A stretch of 64,000 nt of DNA from an uncultured Candidatus Saccharibacteria bacterium (GTDB lineage Bacteria > Patescibacteriota > Minisyncoccia > Phycocordibacterales > WO2-35-19): positions 1,379-65,378 of the forward strand of contig CAZVUY010000005.1 in NCBI GenBank assembly GCA_964630525.1, given 5' to 3'. Positions 58,329 through 64,000 of this stretch are shown in pieces. Below the pieces are notes generated by a model. That model saw nothing but the letters and a program-made list of their open reading frames with translations, made no database searches and was not told the origin of the DNA. Made by a program: the position numbers and the translations under genes. How positions within the stretch are numbered: the first letter of the stretch is position 1; the number at the start of each line of letters is the position of its first letter.

Positions 58329-60395
58329 ATGGACAAAAAGAAAGCTAAAAGCAGCGATTACAGCGCCGAATCGATCACCGTTCTCGAAGGATTGGAGCCG
58401 GTGCGCAAGAGGCCCGGCATGTACATCGGTACGACTGGTCCAGACGGTCTCCATCATTTAATCTGGGAAATTTTTGACAACTCTCGCGACGAAGCGATGG
58501 GTGGCTTTTGTGATGAGATCGAGGTGGCTCTTTTGCCTGGCAACCGGATCAGGGTCGTCGACAACGGTCGCGGTATCCCCGTCGACGTCCACAAACAGAC
58601 CAAAGTGTCGGCCCTTGAGACCATCATGACCACTCTCCACGCCGGAGGTAAGTTTGGCGGCGATGGCTACAAGGTTTCCGGCGGTTTGCACGGTGTCGGT
58701 GCTTCAGTGGTCAACGCTCTCTCAGTTTATATGCGAGCCGAAGTTCACAAGGACGGCGGTGTTTATGTCCAAGAATATTCAAAAGGCAAGAAAAAGGCTC
58801 CGGTCAAAAGGGTGGGTTCAACCAAACACAGTGGTACCATCATCACTTTTGAACCTGATATCGAAATATTCAAAGAAATAGATTTTGATTGGAACAGGGT
58901 AGTGGCTCACCTGCGCCAACAAGCCTATCTAGTCAAAGGTCTCAAAATTTCCACCCTTGACCTTCGAGAAGCCAAAGAAAAAATAAAAGATACGGAAACT
59001 TTTTATCTAAAAGATTTAAAAATCGACGCTCCTTCGATCAGCTTTTATTTCGAAGGGGGTCTCATGTCGCTCATTCGCTTTTACAATTACACTCAAAAGC
59101 CAATTCACAAAAATATTTTCTACGTTGAAAAAACCAACGAAAATTTTGAGGGAGTGGAGATCGCTTTGCAATACGTCGATGACATTTCGGCCCGTATCAT
59201 GCCTTTTGCCAACAATATTTACAACAGTGAAGGTGGTACTCATATCACTGGTTTTAAGACCGCTCTCACCCGCACCCTAAACACTTACGCCAAGAAAAAC
59301 AATCTGATCAAAGAAGGGGAGGATGCTTTTACTGGAGAAGATGTGCTCGAAGGACTCACCGCCGTCGTCTCGGTCAAGCTACGTGAAATCCAGTTTGAAG
59401 GTCAGACCAAAGCCAAACTCGGCAGTGTGGAAGCTCAAAGCATGGTCACTAGCGCTTTTGGCGACGCTTTTGCCGCTTTCCTCGAAGAAAACCCTGACGA
59501 TGCCAAAGCAATGATCAATAAAGTAGTCTTGGCCCTTAGGGCCCGCAAAGCCGCCAAGGCCGCCAAAGACTCGATTTTGCGCAAAGGCGCTTTAGAAGGG
59601 ATGACTTTGCCGGGTAAACTGGCTGATTGCCAAAGCAAGTCTGCCGAAGAATCAGAGCTCTTTATAGTGGAGGGAGATTCAGCCGGTGGTACCGCCAAGG
59701 CGGGTCGCGACCGCAGGACTCAAGCCATTTTGCCTTTACGTGGCAAAATTTTGAATATAGAACGGGCTCGATTGGACAGAATGCTTGCTTCGGAGCAAAT
59801 AAAAAATCTAGTGGTCGCTTTGGGTACCGCGATCGGTGATACCTTCGACATCGCTAAACTTCGTTACCACAGGATCATCATCGCCACCGATGCCGACGTG
59901 GACGGCGCTCACATCCGCACTCTTATTTTGACTTTGTTCTATCGTTACTTCCGACCACTCATCGACGGCGGCTTCATTTATATCGCTCAACCACCACTTT
60001 ATAAAATCAAAAAGGGGAAAGAAATCCATTACGCCTATGGTGACGAGGAAAAAGCGAGAGTTTTAGAAAAGCTGGGCGTTAAAAAAGATACAGAGATTGA
60101 AGAAACTACCGATTCAGAAGAACAACAAGAAGAAGAATCAGAAGGCTCTAAGCTCCAAGCTTCAAACTCTAAGCTGGCCAAGGTTTCGGTGCAGCGTTAC
60201 AAAGGTCTCGGAGAAATGAATGCTGAGGAACTTTCAGAAACAACTATGCATCCCAGAAATCGTATCTTAAAACAAGTGACTGTCGAAGAAGCCGGCGAAG
60301 CTGACCGTATCTTTGATATATTGATGGGTACCGACGTCCCATCCCGCAAATCTTTCATTCAGTCGAATGCCAAACTGGCTACCATTGACAGTTAG
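58329..60395 (+). CDS. gyrB: DNA gyrase/topoisomerase IV subunit B
   Basis: GHKL ATPase (EIFDNSRDEAMGG), Toprim (EGDSAGG) and a C-terminal tail (QRYKGLGEMN). Confidence 0.9.
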   Translation: MDKKKAKSSDYSAESITVLEGLEPVRKRPGMYIGTTGPDGLHHLIWEIFDNSRDEAMGGFCDEIEVALLPGNRIRVVDNGRGIPVDVHKQTKVSALETIMTTLHAGGKFGGDGYKVSGGLHGVGASVVNALSVYMRAEVHKDGGVYVQEYSKGKKKAPVKRVGSTKHSGTIITFEPDIEIFKEIDFDWNRVVAHLRQQAYLVKGLKISTLDLREAKEKIKDTETFYLKDLKIDAPSISFYFEGGLMSLIRFYNYTQKPIHKNIFYVEKTNENFEGVEIALQYVDDISARIMPFANNIYNSEGGTHITGFKTALTRTLNTYAKKNNLIKEGEDAFTGEDVLEGLTAVVSVKLREIQFEGQTKAKLGSVEAQSMVTSAFGDAFAAFLEENPDDAKAMINKVVLALRARKAAKAAKDSILRKGALEGMTLPGKLADCQSKSAEESELFIVEGDSAGGTAKAGRDRRTQAILPLRGKILNIERARLDRMLASEQIKNLVVALGTAIGDTFDIAKLRYHRIIIATDADVDGAHIRTLILTLFYRYFRPLIDGGFIYIAQPPLYKIKKGKEIHYAYGDEEKARVLEKLGVKKDTEIEETTDSEEQQEEESEGSKLQASNSKLAKVSVQRYKGLGEMNAEELSETTMHPRNRILKQVTVEEAGEADRIFDILMGTDVPSRKSFIQSNAKLATIDS

Positions 60396-60433
60396 TAGAT
60401 TACTGATAGGTTTTAAACAGAAAGGAAATCTCT

Positions 60434-60622
60434 GTGTCCTACGATCCAAAACCAGATGCCACTAAAATAATAGTGGTGCGTGGACGTCTCAGTGAGATAA
60501 AAGAAGAGGCAGACTTTATTGCTTTAGACCCAGAAGGTAAAACCCTAAAATTCGTGAGCCACGAAACCGGTCTTACCTACACCTATCCATTAAGCAACGT
60601 GCGCTCTATCGAATTTATTTAG
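60434..60622 (+). CDS. small hypothetical protein (62 aa)
   Basis: GTG start with AAAGGAAA upstream; followed by a terminator hairpin. Confidence 0.35.
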   Translation: MSYDPKPDATKIIVVRGRLSEIKEEADFIALDPEGKTLKFVSHETGLTYTYPLSNVRSIEFI

Positions 60623-60636
60623 AATGCGGACAGTAC

Positions 60637-60670
60637 GAGCTCCCATTGTTGATGGGAGCTCTAATTTTTT
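60637..60670. terminator. bidirectional stem-loop terminator
   Basis: GAGCTCCCATTGTTGATGGGAGCTC followed by TAATTTTTT. Overlaps the thrS stop codon. Confidence 0.55.
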
Positions 60671-61881
60671 CTTTCCTTAATTTCTGCTTGAATGTTGGAA
60701 ATGAAGTTTGCAAGCGGCATGGTGCCGAGTTTTTCATTGCGAGACTCGACGGTCACTTCTTTGGATTCAACTTCTTTGTCGCCAACGACTAGCAAGTAAG
60801 GGATCTTTTGTATCTTGGCATCGCGAACTTTTTTGCCCAAAGTTTCGTTTGATTCGTCTATTTCAACCCTGATGCCTCCTTCTCTCAATTTTTCAAAAAT
60901 AGATTGAGCATATTCGTTGTGCTTTTCGCTCACCGGCAAAACCTGCACCTGCACCGGCGAGAGCCAAGTAGGAAAGGCGCCTCCCAGATGTTCCAGCATT
61001 ATAGACATAAAACGTTCAAAAGAACCCATGATAGCCGCATGAATCATAACAATTCTCTCTTTCTCATTTTTTTCATTTACACAAGTGAGATCAAAACTCT
61101 CTGGCATATTTACATCAAGCTGAATAGTGGCCACCTGCCAATCCCGGCCCAACGAATCTTTACTCATAAAATCTAGTTTTGGTGCATAAAAAGCTGCTTC
61201 ACCAGATGCTTCAAAATATTCTGTTTTATTTTCGGACGCTACTTCTTTTAAGATTTTTTCTGCCTTTTGCCATAACTCCGTATTACCTAGATATTTTTCG
61301 AGATGATTCATGTCTCGCAAAGAGAGTCTTAAACGCAAACTCATACCAAAAGTCTCATAAAAGATATGTACAATATCCCAGATTTTTTGGATTTCTTCTT
61401 TTGCGTCTTGAATGCGACAAAAAACATGAGCATCATCTTGAGTAAAAGAGCGTACTCTTGATAAGCCATTCAATTCTCCCGATTGTTCATCTCGATAACA
61501 CATGGTTGAGTTGGCGTATCTTTGTGGAAGTTCGCGATAACTCCAAGGTTTACGAGCATAAATTTGTGTGTGATGTGGGCAATTCATCGGCTTCAAAGCA
61601 AACTCATCACCTTCACGAGTTTTTATTCTAAACAAGTCATCTTTGAATTTGTCCCAGTGACCACTTGTTTGGTATAGGTCTTTTTTTGTTATATGGGGAA
61701 TTTCAACTTTTTCATAACCTCTGGCTTTACGCAATTCCCAAACAAAATCATCTAATAAATTTCTCAAAATTGTCCCTTTTGGTGTCCAAAGCGGTAAACC
61801 ACTTCCTACCAAATCAGAAAAAGTAAAAAGGTCCAACTCGCGCCCGATCTCCCGATGGTCATTTTTGTTTAGTTCGCTCAT
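60661..61881 (-). CDS. thrS: threonine--tRNA ligase, compact form lacking the N-terminal TGS/editing domains
   Basis: Class II core plus a C-terminal anticodon-binding domain (IPYLLVVGDKEVESKEVTVESR). Start placed at MSELNK. Confidence 0.85.
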   Translation of the reverse strand: MSELNKNDHREIGRELDLFTFSDLVGSGLPLWTPKGTILRNLLDDFVWELRKARGYEKVEIPHITKKDLYQTSGHWDKFKDDLFRIKTREGDEFALKPMNCPHHTQIYARKPWSYRELPQRYANSTMCYRDEQSGELNGLSRVRSFTQDDAHVFCRIQDAKEEIQKIWDIVHIFYETFGMSLRLRLSLRDMNHLEKYLGNTELWQKAEKILKEVASENKTEYFEASGEAAFYAPKLDFMSKDSLGRDWQVATIQLDVNMPESFDLTCVNEKNEKERIVMIHAAIMGSFERFMSIMLEHLGGAFPTWLSPVQVQVLPVSEKHNEYAQSIFEKLREGGIRVEIDESNETLGKKVRDAKIQKIPYLLVVGDKEVESKEVTVESRNEKLGTMPLANFISNIQAEIKERKN

Positions 61882-62123
61882 GGTTTTATGGTAGCAATTT
61901 ATCAAAATTTTTGCTACAGTCGAGATGATCCAACAACCCAGACCCAGAGGGGACATGACTGGGAGCCTTTCGCGAAGAACGGGTCAAACCCTACAGAGTT
62001 GCGACTCTGTCATGCCGTGTCTAGTGGAGTATACACGCTAAACACGGCATTTTTAATTTAAGAATAAATTTTAAGCCCGATTGTCCACTTTATCGCGGTC
62101 GCGATATTTAGTACAATCTATTT

Positions 62124-62696
62124 ATGAGAGATGAGACTAAGAAAAAGTTGGCTTCAGTCGGTAAAGATATTTTGATCACAGTGGGTATTTTGGGGTTCGT
62201 AGCAATTGCCGCAGTCTCAGGGAATGCAGTGCAGTTGCTCAAATACACCCCTCTGGGTAATCACAGGCGAAGATACAAAACTTACGAAATAAATAGGGGT
62301 ATTAAAAAACTTTTAGACAAGGGATTTCTGAGTAAAAAATCACATAAAAACGTTGAAAGTTTGGTGATTACCGAAAAAGGAAAGAAATTGCTTCAAAAAT
62401 ATGAATTGGAAAGTTTAGCTAAAGAAAAGCCACCGAAGTGGGATAAAAAATTTCGAGTTGTTATCTTTGATATATCAGAACAAAGAAAGAAAACGCGTGA
62501 CCGCTTGAGGATGAAGCTCCGTGGTTTTGGATTTTTATGTTTACAAAACAGTGTATGGATATACCCTTATGATTGCCAAGAAATTATCGAGCTACTAAAA
62601 CAATATTTGGAATTAAAAGGGGAAGTGATTTATATGAGTGTTGATTCTATTGAAAATGATGCCTGGCTAATAGAGAGTTTTGGATTAAAGAGGTGA
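62124..62696 (+). CDS. hypothetical membrane-anchored protein
   Basis: 190-aa ORF flanked by near-identical 16-18 bp palindromes. Confidence 0.4.
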   Translation: MRDETKKKLASVGKDILITVGILGFVAIAAVSGNAVQLLKYTPLGNHRRRYKTYEINRGIKKLLDKGFLSKKSHKNVESLVITEKGKKLLQKYELESLAKEKPPKWDKKFRVVIFDISEQRKKTRDRLRMKLRGFGFLCLQNSVWIYPYDCQEIIELLKQYLELKGEVIYMSVDSIENDAWLIESFGLKR

Positions 62697-62849
62697 GGTT
62701 GTTCTTTTTATCGCGACCGCGATATTTTGGGCAGTTGGTATTTCTGAGTATTTTTGATTAATTCGAGTTTTGATAATACCAACTCCGCAAAAATAACACT
62801 GTTGATTTATTTATTTATTTGTAGTTATATAAAAAAGGAGGTAGTACTT

Positions 62850-63101
62850 ATGAGTGACAACATTGAGACTGACATGGTCAGATCTTTGGGGCTTGAAAAT
62901 ATGGCCCTAGAGGACCTTATCGGTTTAAAATTCAGAGCCAAACTCTCTGGTGGTCGGTTTTGGGTTGGGACAGTAGTTGGAGTGTCTTTCGGGGGCATAA
63001 GTTCTTTTTGTTTGCACACGTCCGTCGGCACTTTTTTCAAAAGAACTGACGGGTGGGCGACCAAGGAAAATTCTTGGCCAGTCACCTTTGTTTGGAAGTA
63101 A
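62850..63101 (+). CDS. small hypothetical protein (83 aa)
   Basis: AGGAGG 7 nt upstream of ATG 62850; the track ORF start further upstream is rejected. Confidence 0.35.
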   Translation: MSDNIETDMVRSLGLENMALEDLIGLKFRAKLSGGRFWVGTVVGVSFGGISSFCLHTSVGTFFKRTDGWATKENSWPVTFVWK

Positions 63102-63146
63102 CCAAAAGGCTCCGTATACATCATTGGGTATGCGGGGCTTTTTCAT

Positions 63147-64000
63147 TTACAACTTCTTCGTTTTTTCGACAATCAGCGACTTTTCGCCATTGCGTAGAGA
63201 CACCTTGGCCTTCACGACGATACATTCATCTGGACTAAAAGTGTTTGGGAATTCTAGCAAAGTGCGGGGAAAGACCACCACCTCGATTTCGTCAGAAAGA
63301 TCAGCCAACTTGATAAAAAGCATTTTTTCGCCTCCTTTGGTTAGGATCTCCTTGATATTGGTGACCAGCCCCGCGACCACTACTGTCTCATTTTCTTTTG
63401 ATTTTTCTTTGATAGTGCTGATATTTACTTTTTGGGTTTTGAGTTTTTCGGCAAATTGCTCAAGTGGGTGACCAGAAACATACAGACCCAGCAATTCCTT
63501 CTCCCAACTCAACCGCTCCCGCAAAGACACCGGATCGGCCTTTTCTAAATGCAGCGGGGAATAGCCGCCGCTTGAAAGCGAAACAAAAAGAGAGTCTTGG
63601 TTGTTGTTGGTATGAGACTCTTTGTTGTACTCAAGCAAGCGATCCATGTTCGCCAGCAGCGAGCCGCGCTCACCAAAAGCATCCATTGCCCCAGATTTGA
63701 TCAGCGCTTCCAAAGATTTTTTGTTTAGATTGCGATCTTGAATCCTCGTCAAAAAATCTTCCAAAGATTTGAACGGGCCGTTCGTTTTTCTCTCTGTCGT
63801 GATGGTTTGAGCAATACCTTCGCCAAAATTTTTGATGGTGGTGAGCCCAAAACGAATCGTTTCGCCTTCCTTTGCCAAACGCTCGGAATCTTTTTTGATC
63901 AGGGTAAAATCGGAAAAACTTTCATTGATATCAGGCGGCAAAATTTCAATACCCATTCTTTTGCATTCTGCGACCGAACGAGCCACCTTTTCGGTATCGC
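63147..64000 (-). CDS. dnaE: DNA polymerase III alpha subunit, C-terminal part (5' end outside window)
   Basis: HhH/OB-fold C-terminal region (GLTTIKNFGEGIAQ...LLGLYVSGHPL). Continues past the window edge. Confidence 0.8.
   Translation of the reverse strand, partial: DTEKVARSVAECKRMGIEILPPDINESFSDFTLIKKDSERLAKEGETIRFGLTTIKNFGEGIAQTITTERKTNGPFKSLEDFLTRIQDRNLNKKSLEALIKSGAMDAFGERGSLLANMDRLLEYNKESHTNNNQDSLFVSLSSGGYSPLHLEKADPVSLRERLSWEKELLGLYVSGHPLEQFAEKLKTQKVNISTIKEKSKENETVVVAGLVTNIKEILTKGGEKMLFIKLADLSDEIEVVVFPRTLLEFPNTFSPDECIVVKAKVSLRNGEKSLIVEKTKKL

Overview
The window is a gene-dense, low-GC bacterial chromosome segment, mostly small housekeeping genes on both strands. These include uvrA, truB, rmuC, rplU, recR, dnaB, htpX, trxB, ftsZ/ftsA, ybeY, lepB, pth, rpsA, nrdJ (class II RNR), gap, rpiB, a split transketolase, fba, rplY, rpmE, prfA, rpsB, tsf, pheS, gyrB, thrS and the 3' end of dnaE. 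There are also five tRNAs and one partial tRNA-like copy, a probable SRP RNA, two toxin-antitoxin-like modules and two paralogous secreted repeat proteins. The gene content (split tkt, B12-type RNR, compact thrS, repeat-rich surface proteins) suggests, as inference only, a reduced-genome Patescibacteria/CPR-like organism.

The standout region is 9286-12880, between rmuC and rplU. It holds two CRISPR arrays sharing an identical 39-bp repeat (7 spacers each). Between them sit a 421-aa TnpB/Cas12-like RuvC nuclease gene and an unusually short cas1 (269 aa). No cas2, cas4 or other cas genes are present. Each array is followed on its right by a conserved ~200-bp element. That element shows base-pair covariation between the two copies, which suggests a structured RNA (tracrRNA/scoutRNA-like, or a structured leader). 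Together this looks like a miniature type V-like CRISPR-Cas system. Other points worth a second look are listed below; they include several structured non-coding regions and a tRNA-Val partial duplicate.
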